From: Alphaproteobacteria bacterium UBA3773
GTDB lineage: Bacteria; Pseudomonadota; Alphaproteobacteria; RF32; CAG-239
Assembly (NCBI GenBank): GCA_002372275.1
Contig: DFFP01000003.1
Coordinates: forward strand, 83,851-145,681
Length of the DNA: 61,831 bases
Direction of reading: 5' to 3'
The notes beneath the pieces were generated by a model, which was not told where the DNA came from, did not search any database, and saw only the letters and a list, made by a program, of their open reading frames with translations. A program made the translations under genes and the position numbers. Of the stretch, positions 10,801-20,035 are shown piece by piece. The number at the start of each line of letters is the position of its first letter. Position 1 is the first letter of the stretch.

Positions 10801-11648
10801 AATCCGATGACATTCCCATTTTCATCATAGACAAGTTTTTTGGTGCCGGCCACACCGATGATGTTACCGTCACTGTCTACGATCAGTCCGTTTTCATTCA
10901 CGCGCCCGATGACATTTCCATCTTTATCATAAACAATACCGTTTTCATCGACATAACCTATTTCTTCGCCATTCGGGCCGTATGCTATCTGTCTTTTATG
11001 AAAACTATCAACTGTGCCGCCTTTAGAGCCTTCGGTTTCACAAAAATTACATTCTTCCTTTGTAATGGCATTTCCTTCAACAGGCACCTTTTCAGCTTTG
11101 GCGTCTGCAGCACTTAAATGCGATTCATGCCAAGAAATAATAAAATTATTCTGCACGTTTCCGGCGACGACAGGCGACCATTTCATCGTGATGTTACAGG
11201 TCTGATTTCCTCTGAGTTCCGCGCTGGTGCATGAATCTTGAAAAGTAAATCCGTCAAAAGGCGGTTCGGCAAGTTTGACCGAAACAATATGAATAGATGC
11301 TTTTCCGTTTGTCCCGATTGTTAAAACGTTATCCGCATCCGTTCCCAAAACAACCTGTCCCATACTCACAGGGTTCGGTGTTGTTGTAATCGGAAGTTCT
11401 CCGCCTTCCACGGAACTAAATTCGATTTCATCCGAAAGAAGAGGCGTCTCTGTCGTTTCATTTAAGACATCAGCGTCTTCCGTAAAAACAGGTTCTTGAT
11501 AAATATCATTCTGATTAGAGCTTGTAAAGAGCAACAACAAACCAAACAGAAAGACCGCCAGCGATACAATCCCGACAATCAAGATGATACGGTTTGTTTT
11601 TTTAACGTACCTTTCCGAATTTGTTAATTGTAAAGGTTCTTTACCCAT
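7803..11648 (-). CDS. Bitopic membrane protein: N-terminal TM, Ig-like (ASH/choice-of-anchor-D-like) domain, ~1050 aa of DxxGxxIGxV repeats
   Basis: TM IILIVGIVSLAVFLFGLLLLF; Ig-like segment with C...C (DSCTSAELRGNQTCNITMKWSP); 17-aa Gly-rich repeats; lies between virB9 and virB10. Confidence 0.8.
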   Translation of the reverse strand: MGKEPLQLTNSERYVKKTNRIILIVGIVSLAVFLFGLLLLFTSSNQNDIYQEPVFTEDADVLNETTETPLLSDEIEFSSVEGGELPITTTPNPVSMGQVVLGTDADNVLTIGTNGKASIHIVSVKLAEPPFDGFTFQDSCTSAELRGNQTCNITMKWSPVVAGNVQNNFIISWHESHLSAADAKAEKVPVEGNAITKEECNFCETEGSKGGTVDSFHKRQIAYGPNGEEIGYVDENGIVYDKDGNVIGRVNENGLIVDSDGNIIGVAGTKKLVYDENGNVIGFVAADGTVYDQNGNVIGKALGNGLVVDANGNVIGKVVEAGFVHDSTGNVIGRVMDDGTVVSDTGDVIGRLNEDGKVQDLNGNDIGAVSQTGKSVLDDQGNKLGVILADNSVIDENGNVVGYVDDNGDLLKKTKRIVGSTKDMIPVFDENGNIIGYVTENGDVIDANGNIIGHRNADGTVVDKDGRVIGYAPSELVYDENGNVIGYVTANGDVVDANGNVIGHKNADGTVVDKDGNIIGRAAKEVVRDENGNIIGYVTANGDVVDKNGNVIGQAQDEKVKQVRMVYDENGNLMGYVDENGNVVDFNGNIIGKMLEDGTVVDKDGNVIGQAGEMGHIITDANGNVIGYVNEKGEIVDAQGNVIGYVDENGNMILEDMTAIGSIIKADLIPITPKGTILGNVSANGEVTDDQGKVVGRIRSNGLVTDTNGSKIIAQGVQGGRVVGWGCSPVGILDKTGLVGQNGKVRKDVRIYPDGGVYAENGDFLGSVVLTGQVFDESCDAIGVADDSGGVYDTQKRYVGCVNPDGKVINNGQIIGRVAEYKEVLDSSGKVIGRLNQNGYVISGLIKRIGCVDFNGDVTDEKGSYVGKLNDARYAFDLSGNLLGVLEADGHLKIEKYPGAKILLHQYVADAYNNIVGVVLPKQNVVKDVKGNVIGHVFADGGVYNAEGILIDKIKGNQFGFYQDSFGALVPHGMLIDQDGQVQGLASFDGTAVGLFGEKLGRIDALGRWFGNKGEYLGGIVKQGPAISYNGAYMGYVNAFGQVIDLDGEKVAKVLPQGLVATLDGTVVGEVTPESIMIDLFGHYSGHLNQNGEVLNLSGKAVSPILPGGMTDQNLGILRYGAVIDFNGHVIGYVLPNGQIMGKKNTTIGTMMADGKVLDSKGQPIGEVLTGDIVISNEDKMLGFVAFDGTLRAEDNKQIGRVLPGGLAIDNQNNIVGKVFKLGTSVLSGNGTYLGYLSLNGDVLNVKGEKIGYLKSNGSFVDKDKNVAGYALQEVAQNRRN

Positions 11649-11662
11649 TTTTCAGCCCTTTG

Positions 11663-13264
11663 TTATTGAATACGAACCACACTACAAAATACACCGTTTC
11701 GACCCAGTTTACTACAAATATCATCACCATCATCAAGTGAGGGGATAGGACCGATTCTCAAGTGGAAGAGTTCTTTACCTTGACCGTCAGCCGGCGCATC
11801 AACCGAGTAGAACGGCTGGTACGATTTCAAGATTGAATTATATTTTCTTGATAACTCACTCCACAAATTCTCCAGATTTGACACATCAGCATCTGTTCCA
11901 AGCTCAACCGAAATGGTAGCGGCATTTTCGTTTTCAAACCCGAGACCGTATTTATATCCCGAAAGCGAATCAGGAATATTCATATTACCGCTAAATTGTG
12001 ATTTATACATTGTACGATAGCCGTTCGGTGATTGACCGTCCTTGCCGTTTAACATATATTCCGGCACCATAATCTCACCATTTTGGCCCACACGAATATC
12101 TGATTGCCCGGCTGTGGTCCACATAGAGGCTGTTCTTCCGTCAACATCTGCTACGCCATTTGAAAACCCTTGAACTTCCGAATTTTTACCCGTACCACTC
12201 ATTCCTTCCGGAAGCGGTGCAGGTACCTGCCAATCATTTGTATCAGCATGGATATTATAAATACCAGCATCATCTGAACGACGCAGTTTCAAACAAACAA
12301 GACGCTTTCCGTTACGAAGAACCATATCTCCCACGCCTTCCACAACAATCAAACGATTGTTCGGACCTTTTGTTCTAAATCCGACCGGTGTTTCACTACG
12401 TTCCACAATTAAAGTCACAATCGGACGTTGTACCATGTTTAAGGCTTTTTCACCTAAATCAATATAGGTAAAAATATCGTCACGCCAAACACGTTCCGGT
12501 GCAATCACGACATCATCCGGGTTCGGCACATAAACTTCCACATCGAACTTCATTTGCGCCGGATCAAGCGGAATACTTTGAATCCAGTCTTCTTTTTGAT
12601 AACGCCTTGTAAAAGAAGAATAAGCTGCCGCATCATCTCCGCCCGAGTATTTACTGGCATTTAATTTACTACCCAATCCTGACGAACCGGAGCTGCTACC
12701 ACCTGTTTTTTTTTGATCCCCAACCACATCAATATCAATAATGGCATTTGTCAGACGCTCCGTATTCACACCTTCGCTTCTGACATAAAACACATATTTA
12801 TTCCCCGATCTGCCGAATACAATCATATTTGTATCGACCCCGATGGTTGTTGAACCGGGTTGCATAAAGAGCAAAATAGAATTCGGCGAACTTGAAGTTT
12901 TCACATCAAAAACGTTCTGGTCACCGATATAAACGCTTTCAACGAGTTCCCACTCCGGGAAATTGATAAGGGTTAACATACCGGCGCGTACTCTGATCGG
13001 TAAAACCAAATCTGGTGACCAATAATACTTTGAATAAGCAGGCTTTGATTGCCCTTCACCTAAATTCTGAAGCGGATCAAGCCATGCACTTTGCATCATA
13101 CCGAGCGAACCGATACCCGCATAATCCAAATTCATCGGTTGATATTGTCCTTGGGATTGATCGGCATTTTGATCTAAACTTCCCGTTGTTGCCTGTGCAT
13201 GCGCGCAAGTTGCACCAACAAGAGCGCTTAAAACAATCAATCCTTGATAAATTCTATTTTTCAT
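11663..13264 (-). CDS. virB9: VirB9/TrbG/CagX-family protein with C-terminal SPOR domain
   Basis: Signal peptide; VirB9-like segments (LTLINFPEWELVESVYIGD, TNMIVFG, IAPERVWRDDIFTYID, MVLRNGKRLVCL); SPOR-like C-terminus (WSELSRKY...FHLRIGPIPSLDDGDDICSKL...CSVV). Confidence 0.85.
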   Translation of the reverse strand: MKNRIYQGLIVLSALVGATCAHAQATTGSLDQNADQSQGQYQPMNLDYAGIGSLGMMQSAWLDPLQNLGEGQSKPAYSKYYWSPDLVLPIRVRAGMLTLINFPEWELVESVYIGDQNVFDVKTSSSPNSILLFMQPGSTTIGVDTNMIVFGRSGNKYVFYVRSEGVNTERLTNAIIDIDVVGDQKKTGGSSSGSSGLGSKLNASKYSGGDDAAAYSSFTRRYQKEDWIQSIPLDPAQMKFDVEVYVPNPDDVVIAPERVWRDDIFTYIDLGEKALNMVQRPIVTLIVERSETPVGFRTKGPNNRLIVVEGVGDMVLRNGKRLVCLKLRRSDDAGIYNIHADTNDWQVPAPLPEGMSGTGKNSEVQGFSNGVADVDGRTASMWTTAGQSDIRVGQNGEIMVPEYMLNGKDGQSPNGYRTMYKSQFSGNMNIPDSLSGYKYGLGFENENAATISVELGTDADVSNLENLWSELSRKYNSILKSYQPFYSVDAPADGQGKELFHLRIGPIPSLDDGDDICSKLGRNGVFCSVVRIQ

Positions 13265-13279
13265 CTGTATTTTCCTTTT

Positions 13280-14014
13280 CTATTCGGTTTTCGTACGCGA
13301 CAGTGACCACGCAATAACAGTAAATCCAATCGGATTATTCAGCCTTTCACCATATTTAACTGTCTTTTTGCGATAAAAAACTTTGAGCGATGCCGTCCAG
13401 TAGCTAACTGTAGGCGCTGTTGAATCCGGGTACATATCTCGTGCTTCATATTCCACCTGCCAAAGACCGCGACTGAGTTCGTTGACCGTCATAATACGTA
13501 TCACACGTGTTAAACCTCTGTCACGTATTTCTTTTAAGGCACGATTAGCCGTTTTATCCAAAAAGGCCTGATATACGGCAGATGACGACATTTCCTGCAA
13601 ACTACCGCCAGGCATCCAACGTGCTTCCATTTCCTGCACATCGCCGACAAACGCACTTCGAAGCAATACATATTCTCTGACAAAAACTTCCGTCACCGCT
13701 TTTTGATCAATCATCCCCTCTAAGGGCACAATATCATAAATTTGTTCTTCTTTATTTTCAAAAGTGAGTAAAAACGGCTCAATCCGATAGAGCGGAACAA
13801 GCTGCATAATCGCCAAGATAAGCACAAAATTGCAACACATGCTCACCGCCACAATCACGGCAAAAGCACGCGCCGTCCACAAATAACGTTTTTCCGCAGC
13901 GTTAACAATCACAGCCTCATCTTTTTGAGGCATAGGCGCACGCCTGACGCGCGCACCGGCGGCCGGTCCGATTAATTTTTGCTCAACATTGTTCACACCT
14001 AATCTATCTGCCAT
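13280..14014 (-). CDS. virB8: VirB8/TrbF-family protein (copy 1)
   Basis: Single TM, EPFLLT, FVREYVLLR, and C-terminal RLNNPIGFTVIAW (NPxGF motif). Confidence 0.85.
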   Translation of the reverse strand: MADRLGVNNVEQKLIGPAAGARVRRAPMPQKDEAVIVNAAEKRYLWTARAFAVIVAVSMCCNFVLILAIMQLVPLYRIEPFLLTFENKEEQIYDIVPLEGMIDQKAVTEVFVREYVLLRSAFVGDVQEMEARWMPGGSLQEMSSSAVYQAFLDKTANRALKEIRDRGLTRVIRIMTVNELSRGLWQVEYEARDMYPDSTAPTVSYWTASLKVFYRKKTVKYGERLNNPIGFTVIAWSLSRTKTE

Positions 14015-14025
14015 TTTTTATACCT

Positions 14026-14205
14026 TTAGATAGAAGCAACAAACCAATCAGGTAATGTTTTATCAAGCTCCACATGAATACACGCGCAAGGCGAAAGTTT
14101 CAATTCATTGACATCTTTTCCGATACCGACAGGTTCCGGTTCATAATACGATCCGCATCCTGAAACCATTAAAACGGCAAGAAGAACAAATATTTTCCGA
14201 TACAT
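14026..14205 (-). CDS. Small lipoprotein, VirB7-like (59 aa)
   Basis: ATG at 14205 with AAGGAG; lipobox VSGC; LKLSPCAC motif with extra Cys; directly upstream of virB8-virB9. Confidence 0.65.
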   Translation of the reverse strand: MYRKIFVLLAVLMVSGCGSYYEPEPVGIGKDVNELKLSPCACIHVELDKTLPDWFVASI

Positions 14206-14414
14206 ATTAAAGCTCCTTTTTATCACAAAAGACATTTTCATCTTATCCTTTTTCTTTTTAAAAGTCTAACATGAACACCGACGAATCCCCAACTTATCAC
14301 GACAGAAGACCCCCGATTGTGAAAGAGTGTATTTTGAAAAGATTAATATATATTAAATTTGCAAACAAAAAAAATAAAAAATTTTTTTTAATAATGACGA
14401 CAAGAAAAAAAGCA

Positions 14415-14588
14415 AGCGTAAATTAACTTTTCTGCATGAGATGCCGGCTATACTTTCCCCAAAAAAAATGCGGAGAGCATGTGCAGATCATAAAAAAAGT
14501 TAGTTTAAGCGAAACGAGTGTACATAAACGTACACGACTGAGCGTAAATTAACTTTTCTGCATAAGATGCCAGCTATACGCATTTTTT
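14415..14588. repeat. ~126-bp hairpin/MITE-like element plus a partial direct copy
   Basis: Terminal IR AAAAAATGCG (14463)/CGCATTTTTT (14588), apical GTGTAC-N6-GTACAC; 14415-14453 repeats 14541-14579 with 2 mismatches. Confidence 0.75.
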
Positions 14589-15354
14589 ACAGAATTTCAA
14601 CTTCTGTTTGCGAATAACGTGTCACGGTAAACCCGAGCGGATTCATAAATTTCCGTCCCATAAACATACGGCCGTCAATAAAGAATGCCGTCACGCTGGC
14701 AGTCCAGTATTTTGTATTCAAAACCAATTGATTTTTCCCTTGCGAAGTGTCTCGATGTAAATCATATGTTCTAAACTCCACTTTCCAAACAATACTGCGC
14801 TCTCCGCCAACTCTTTTTGCCGAAATCACTTCCGTATCGCGCACCACATTTTCTTTTAAAAAATTTCCGAGTTGCTGCACGCTTGTGGTGTAAAATTGTT
14901 CATAAACAACCGGCAAAGACATATAATGTACAATGCCGCCCGGAAACCATCTTGACTGCATTTCGCGTTCGTCTTGAATGACATTATTGCGGAGCATCAC
15001 ATATTGCTTAATAAAGGTTTCCATGAGTTGCTCCGATGAAGCCATATTTTGAGCAATGACTTCATATCGAACCATCGTATCAGAGTTTGATTGTCTGATA
15101 ATCAAAAAAGGCTCCACCATAACGCGAGGCGCCATCCGAAACAACACAAGCGATGCACACGCAAAAAACAAAAGCGAAACAGTGCAGAGCAAAATTGTCA
15201 GTCTTGCAACCCATTGATAATAAATTTCTTTGAGTGTTCTTAATTTTTTTTCATCCGTATCCGTGACATATTGTTCTTGGGGCTCTTTTTGTCCGTTTGT
15301 AATAGCCGGTCTGATTTGTCCGTTATTTTCCAAGTTTACCATATTATCACTCAT
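14587..15354 (-). CDS. virB8: VirB8/TrbF-family protein (copy 2)
   Basis: Single TM, VEPFLI, FIKQYVMLR, MNPLGFTVTRY. Confidence 0.85.
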   Translation of the reverse strand: MSDNMVNLENNGQIRPAITNGQKEPQEQYVTDTDEKKLRTLKEIYYQWVARLTILLCTVSLLFFACASLVLFRMAPRVMVEPFLIIRQSNSDTMVRYEVIAQNMASSEQLMETFIKQYVMLRNNVIQDEREMQSRWFPGGIVHYMSLPVVYEQFYTTSVQQLGNFLKENVVRDTEVISAKRVGGERSIVWKVEFRTYDLHRDTSQGKNQLVLNTKYWTASVTAFFIDGRMFMGRKFMNPLGFTVTRYSQTEVEIL

Positions 15355-15444
15355 CTGAAAAAAATGTTTTTTTGTATCAATCCTTATTTGAAAAAAAACG
15401 TTAGCATATCATTTTTTTCTTGTCAACTCCGCGGCTGATTTATT

Positions 15445-18400
15445 TTAAGGATTATACGGATCTCCGGGGCCGAAATCAGCCTTGTAAGGTAACGGAATCA
15501 GCTGATCTTTATTTGCTTGTTTATCAGCTTCCTGTCGATATTTTCCGCTTACCTGCCCATTGACGCGTTCAGATTTTATTTGCTCATCCAGTTCCGTTGA
15601 CGGCTGTGTATTATCTGACAGAATAACCAATTCTTCATTATCTTTTTGCATACATAAAATCATATCATCCGATTTTTTCTTAATTTCTTTTATGTCATCT
15701 GTTAAAACGGGTAGTTCATTTTGAAAATCAAGAGCTGCCTGAATATATTTATTTTTGCCCTCGTCCAAACACTGTGAAATCGCTTCATACGTTTCATCAT
15801 CTGCGATGAATTCCGATGATACGATACGTGAACTTTCTTCGCCCGGTCTTAAATAATCGGTATCTTTTTTCGTAAATTTGCAGAATAGTTTTTCGATATA
15901 TTCATCTATCGTATGTCTTGTTTCATCGATTTTAACTTTTAACTGATCCAAACTTTTTTGGTATGTTTGTTCCATGTCCACAAATTGCAAAACATCACCG
16001 ATTTGCGTACGTGCCAAAAAGCGTTTTTCCAAATCAAAAATTAAATTGGCATGTTTTGTGATTTCTTCTTCACTCGGGTTCTCGCCACCCGTAAAACTCT
16101 CATCTGCATTTTCATATTCATCGTATAAGTCCATCACGGCATCAGTAAGTGTCAACCCGTTATCATATTTGAAAAAGACCGAAAGTTCGCCGACATTTGG
16201 CACATACCTCTCGCCTTTTGCCGCTAAAAAGATACGGCTTGAATTTTCAAGTTTCGATGCCGGACAAACAGCAGAAAGAAATCCCTCTCCACATACAGGT
16301 TTTGCACCCTCCATTAAAATATCTTCTATATCAATATCTCTCTCAACAAACCCTCTGGGGCCTAAAATGCGTTTCCAAATATCCGGCAGTTTTTGGCCTA
16401 ATTTTAAGAATTCAGATTTCGTTGTTTTCGGGTTTATTGAACTCGGACAACCGATCGGCGGACACGCAAACGTGATTTCCCCGTTTTCCGGCTCATACTT
16501 ATTAATGGTATCCAAATCCACCGCATCAAAATGAAAAACTTCTCTTAAAGGCGGCGTATACGATTGCGCAATGCGTTTTGGGGCCATAAAGTCACGCTTT
16601 GTTCCCTCAAATCCGACATAATAGTCTACGTCTTCTTTTTGGCAATCCGAACATTCAAAAATCGGAAAACCGGAGGAACCGAATACAACACCGCCAAACA
16701 CAAATTTTGTCAGCGATTGAAGCGCTGCAGCTTGCTGTAATTTTTTAATATTTTCAAGCATTTTTTGGTGACGTGCTAAAATTTTCTGATAAGTTTGAGG
16801 GGTATATAAATTTTCGAAAGAACTGATATCCTGATAAGCACTTCTGACCTCTGCTTTTGCAAGCTCCTTAAAATTTTCCCTTAAATTGCCTGCAACACCC
16901 AACATACTTTTAACAGAATCATTTGCTTCAAGCAATGCAGATGCCATAAGCACACCGGATAGCACGCTGTTTCCTTCCCGTGCTTCAAGTGCCTGTTTCA
17001 TTTCCTCATGGTGTCTTTTTTCCATTAAAACCGCATTTTTGATATATGCCTTTTTAATTTCAGCTTCAGTTTCACCCATCAATGCAAGTTCTGCTTTTAG
17101 TTGTTTAACTTTATTCTGATCCGTATCGATTTGTTTTTTAAGAGAATCAATCTGCGGTTGCAAGTCCACCACGATTTTTAAATTTTGAAGTTTTGTTGCA
17201 ATAGCATCATCTTTAAAACCGCTCACATATTCCGGATCCCTATTTTTTTTCTGATCTTCAAGCGCGATACTTCTGTCTTGAGCACCTGCTAATGACCGTG
17301 CTTCTTCCTGCTTTGAAAGCTTTTCTTGATATTCATCTTTGGTTTGATTTAAGCGTTCCAAAATCTCATCAATCTCATTATATTTTCGTTGCCTGACCGA
17401 TTTGGCGTTTGATATATCGGCCTGTGCTTTTTCTTCCAACGCAAGCATTTCATTTTCCTGGCGTACTTTTAATTCAGAAATTGAAGATACTTTATTTATA
17501 CTTTGTTCAAATTTTTGACGTGCATTTTCAATATCTCTTTCATTCTGCGCTTTCAGTATTTCTTTTTCTTCTTCAAGCTGCTTTCTTAAAGCATCAACCT
17601 TTTGTTTAATTTCCGAAGCATTTAATAGCTGTGCTGCTAAAGAGGCTGTGTAAGTTGCGATATATTCTTCACTGACATTTAAGGTCTCATTTAAGGCTTT
17701 TGCCAAATCAAAATCAATTAAATTAAAATTATCGGAAGAAAAATAGAGTTCCATATTTTTGTATTTTTCTTTGAGGTACTGATTATAAACTCTTTTTTCA
17801 TCTTCCCATAAGGGATAAACCGTATGTGGCACACCATAAATTTGACCACCATCTGCCATATCCTGACCGACTTTTTGAGCCAAAACCGAGCCTATTTGCC
17901 AACGCACTAAATTTTGCTCACGCATTGAGCTTGCTGATTCGGCACTTTTTTCCGGATTTTCTTCAATACCGCCTCCGATCGCACTTAATTCATTTTCACT
18001 TAAACTTTTTTCGGACTGAAGAAAATTCATAGACTTTTTACTGCTGTCTTTTTCTTGCCCGTCTGAATCTAAAGCCGATAATTTGTTATCAATCACAGTC
18101 GTTCCAAATTCAGCTTTTGTTGCCTCTTCAAAATTATCTTCCGTTATATCAAGATCCGTTGCAACTTCTGCTTTCGCCATTTTATAAGCCGAAATTGCTT
18201 CCCCTAAGAGCCCGCGCATTTTAGCATAATCTGTTAGAGCAAAAACATCATCTGAGCAAACAATATTATAACTTGTCACCGGTTCAAATTGTGTCGCATT
18301 ATAAGGTTTTCTACATCCCGTGATCGGTGAACATTTCTGACCTAAAATTGTTTCTTTATAGTGACAACCTTTTCCGAACCATACTTCATCAGCTTTTGAA

Positions 18401-19239
18401 GTTCCGTAATAGTTTGCCAAATAATCACGAGCCGAAATAACCGAGCGTGCCAACCTTGCAATGGCTTGAGCGTGACGTTTTTGCGTTTTTTCATATTCTA
18501 AAAAAGGTTTCCTCATCGCGGGCAATTGTTGCTTTGTGTTGTGCATATTTTGGGCTTCACTTGAAAGTTCATAAAGCCCTTTGATAATCGGCAAAGCCGA
18601 TAATTGTTCTTCATCTGCTTCAAATGTCACACCCCCGATATATTCCGGCGCATCTGCTAATGTAAAATCCGAAACCGAACCCTCATCTGAATCTTCGTCT
18701 GCTTCGTCTGATTCTTTAGTATTTATAACCGCATTTGAATCTAACAACAAAGAACTGACAGATGAAGGCTTTTTAGTCATATCTGAAATCGAGAGTGTTT
18801 TAGTCGTAGCAGGCTCTAAATCGATTTTTTTTGAATCAATCATCGGCATGGTTATTGATTTATTAAACAATGAGTTTTCCGCTTTTGCATCAGAATCACT
18901 TCCCGGCTTAATATCAAAAATCGAAAATTTCTTTGGTTCATCAGATGCCGTCACAGACTTTGCCATCACGCCTTGAGGTATAGCTTGAGAATCCATAGCT
19001 TTCAGCGTAGGAGATTTGATCATCACTTGAGTTTTATCCGTTTTAGATGGTTCTGAGGATAACACCACTTTAGGCTGACTTAAAGAAGTTTCTTTCTTTA
19101 TACCGGCCGACGAAAACGTCTTTGGCATACTGCTATCCGCTGCTATTGCGATTTGAGAGCAGAATAAACAAGAGAACACGAGTAATATTTTTTTCAATAA
19201 TTTATTTTGAAAAACGCTGATTATATTATTAGTTTGCAT
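15445..19239 (-). CDS. Large secreted coiled-coil protein with Cys clusters (1264 aa), T4SS-associated, function unknown
   Basis: Signal peptide (AIA-AD), Ser/Lys-rich linker, long heptad region and several Cys pairs; overlaps the upstream gene. Confidence 0.7.
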   Translation of the reverse strand: MQTNNIISVFQNKLLKKILLVFSCLFCSQIAIAADSSMPKTFSSAGIKKETSLSQPKVVLSSEPSKTDKTQVMIKSPTLKAMDSQAIPQGVMAKSVTASDEPKKFSIFDIKPGSDSDAKAENSLFNKSITMPMIDSKKIDLEPATTKTLSISDMTKKPSSVSSLLLDSNAVINTKESDEADEDSDEGSVSDFTLADAPEYIGGVTFEADEEQLSALPIIKGLYELSSEAQNMHNTKQQLPAMRKPFLEYEKTQKRHAQAIARLARSVISARDYLANYYGTSKADEVWFGKGCHYKETILGQKCSPITGCRKPYNATQFEPVTSYNIVCSDDVFALTDYAKMRGLLGEAISAYKMAKAEVATDLDITEDNFEEATKAEFGTTVIDNKLSALDSDGQEKDSSKKSMNFLQSEKSLSENELSAIGGGIEENPEKSAESASSMREQNLVRWQIGSVLAQKVGQDMADGGQIYGVPHTVYPLWEDEKRVYNQYLKEKYKNMELYFSSDNFNLIDFDLAKALNETLNVSEEYIATYTASLAAQLLNASEIKQKVDALRKQLEEEKEILKAQNERDIENARQKFEQSINKVSSISELKVRQENEMLALEEKAQADISNAKSVRQRKYNEIDEILERLNQTKDEYQEKLSKQEEARSLAGAQDRSIALEDQKKNRDPEYVSGFKDDAIATKLQNLKIVVDLQPQIDSLKKQIDTDQNKVKQLKAELALMGETEAEIKKAYIKNAVLMEKRHHEEMKQALEAREGNSVLSGVLMASALLEANDSVKSMLGVAGNLRENFKELAKAEVRSAYQDISSFENLYTPQTYQKILARHQKMLENIKKLQQAAALQSLTKFVFGGVVFGSSGFPIFECSDCQKEDVDYYVGFEGTKRDFMAPKRIAQSYTPPLREVFHFDAVDLDTINKYEPENGEITFACPPIGCPSSINPKTTKSEFLKLGQKLPDIWKRILGPRGFVERDIDIEDILMEGAKPVCGEGFLSAVCPASKLENSSRIFLAAKGERYVPNVGELSVFFKYDNGLTLTDAVMDLYDEYENADESFTGGENPSEEEITKHANLIFDLEKRFLARTQIGDVLQFVDMEQTYQKSLDQLKVKIDETRHTIDEYIEKLFCKFTKKDTDYLRPGEESSRIVSSEFIADDETYEAISQCLDEGKNKYIQAALDFQNELPVLTDDIKEIKKKSDDMILCMQKDNEELVILSDNTQPSTELDEQIKSERVNGQVSGKYRQEADKQANKDQLIPLPYKADFGPGDPYNP

Positions 19240-20023
19240 CTTTTTGAACTCCCTTTATCAAAACGTCATTATTGAGCGGCTTTACACCTGTTTTTAATGT
19301 TTTCGCTGCCTCATATTGCGCATCAATTAACACTAATTCTTCCTGCATTCTGATCAGTTTATCTTGTGTTTCCCTTATTTTATAGTGGTTCGACCAGTTG
19401 CCGAGTTCTTCCTCAGTTGATGAAGCTCCCTGACAAATGGCAGACATATTTTCTTTACCATCGACCATACATTCTTCCATACTTTGATTTTCTTTTTCAA
19501 TTAAAGGTAATCTCTCCGTTCTTAAACTATTGGCTGCCATATAGTTTTCCATTTGGCTGTCGGCAATAAATTCCTCACCTTTTTTCTTAAACAGATTGAT
19601 AACTGCACTTCTTTGTTCAGCCGGCACTGAAGCAATCATCCCTTCGGGGAGTGTTAAGAATAATTGTTTATATGCATTGGCCACAGAGGGTTTATCTTTA
19701 ATATCGGCAATACTTGAATTTTTGATTGTTTTTGCTGCTGCAATCACGGATTCCCCATCTATTTTTTTCAAAGGCGACTCATTTAAGTCAAATGGAATGA
19801 GTGAAGCGATAGTTGCAGCGATTTGATTTAATAATTCCTCTTTTACTTGTCGTATTTCATCCGAAACATTTCGGCCGAATTTCATAATACCTTTACCGAC
19901 ATCAAGCGCATCATCTATAAAATCAAGTGACGGTGATGGCGGCAGCGGTGGAATTAAAAACGCAAAAACATCAGAACTGTAAGAAAGGCAAACAGTTAAA
20001 ATAACGGCAAAAAATTTTTTCAT
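19229..20023 (-). CDS. Secreted helical protein, possibly VirB5/TrbJ-like
   Basis: Signal peptide (VFA-F), P..LD motif after the cleavage site, helical; translationally coupled within the virB operon. Confidence 0.55.
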   Translation of the reverse strand: MKKFFAVILTVCLSYSSDVFAFLIPPLPPSPSLDFIDDALDVGKGIMKFGRNVSDEIRQVKEELLNQIAATIASLIPFDLNESPLKKIDGESVIAAAKTIKNSSIADIKDKPSVANAYKQLFLTLPEGMIASVPAEQRSAVINLFKKKGEEFIADSQMENYMAANSLRTERLPLIEKENQSMEECMVDGKENMSAICQGASSTEEELGNWSNHYKIRETQDKLIRMQEELVLIDAQYEAAKTLKTGVKPLNNDVLIKGVQKDAN

Positions 20024-20035
20024 ATTTTGTCCCTC

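Noticed and set aside
9700-10960. CRISPR or DGR-like DNA repeats
   Set aside because: The repeats are in-frame coding units; there is no reverse transcriptase and no adenine-specific variation pattern was evident.
14415-14588. CRISPR array
   Set aside because: There are only two 39-bp copies, the 87-bp 'spacer' is itself the complementary hairpin arm, and no cas genes are present.
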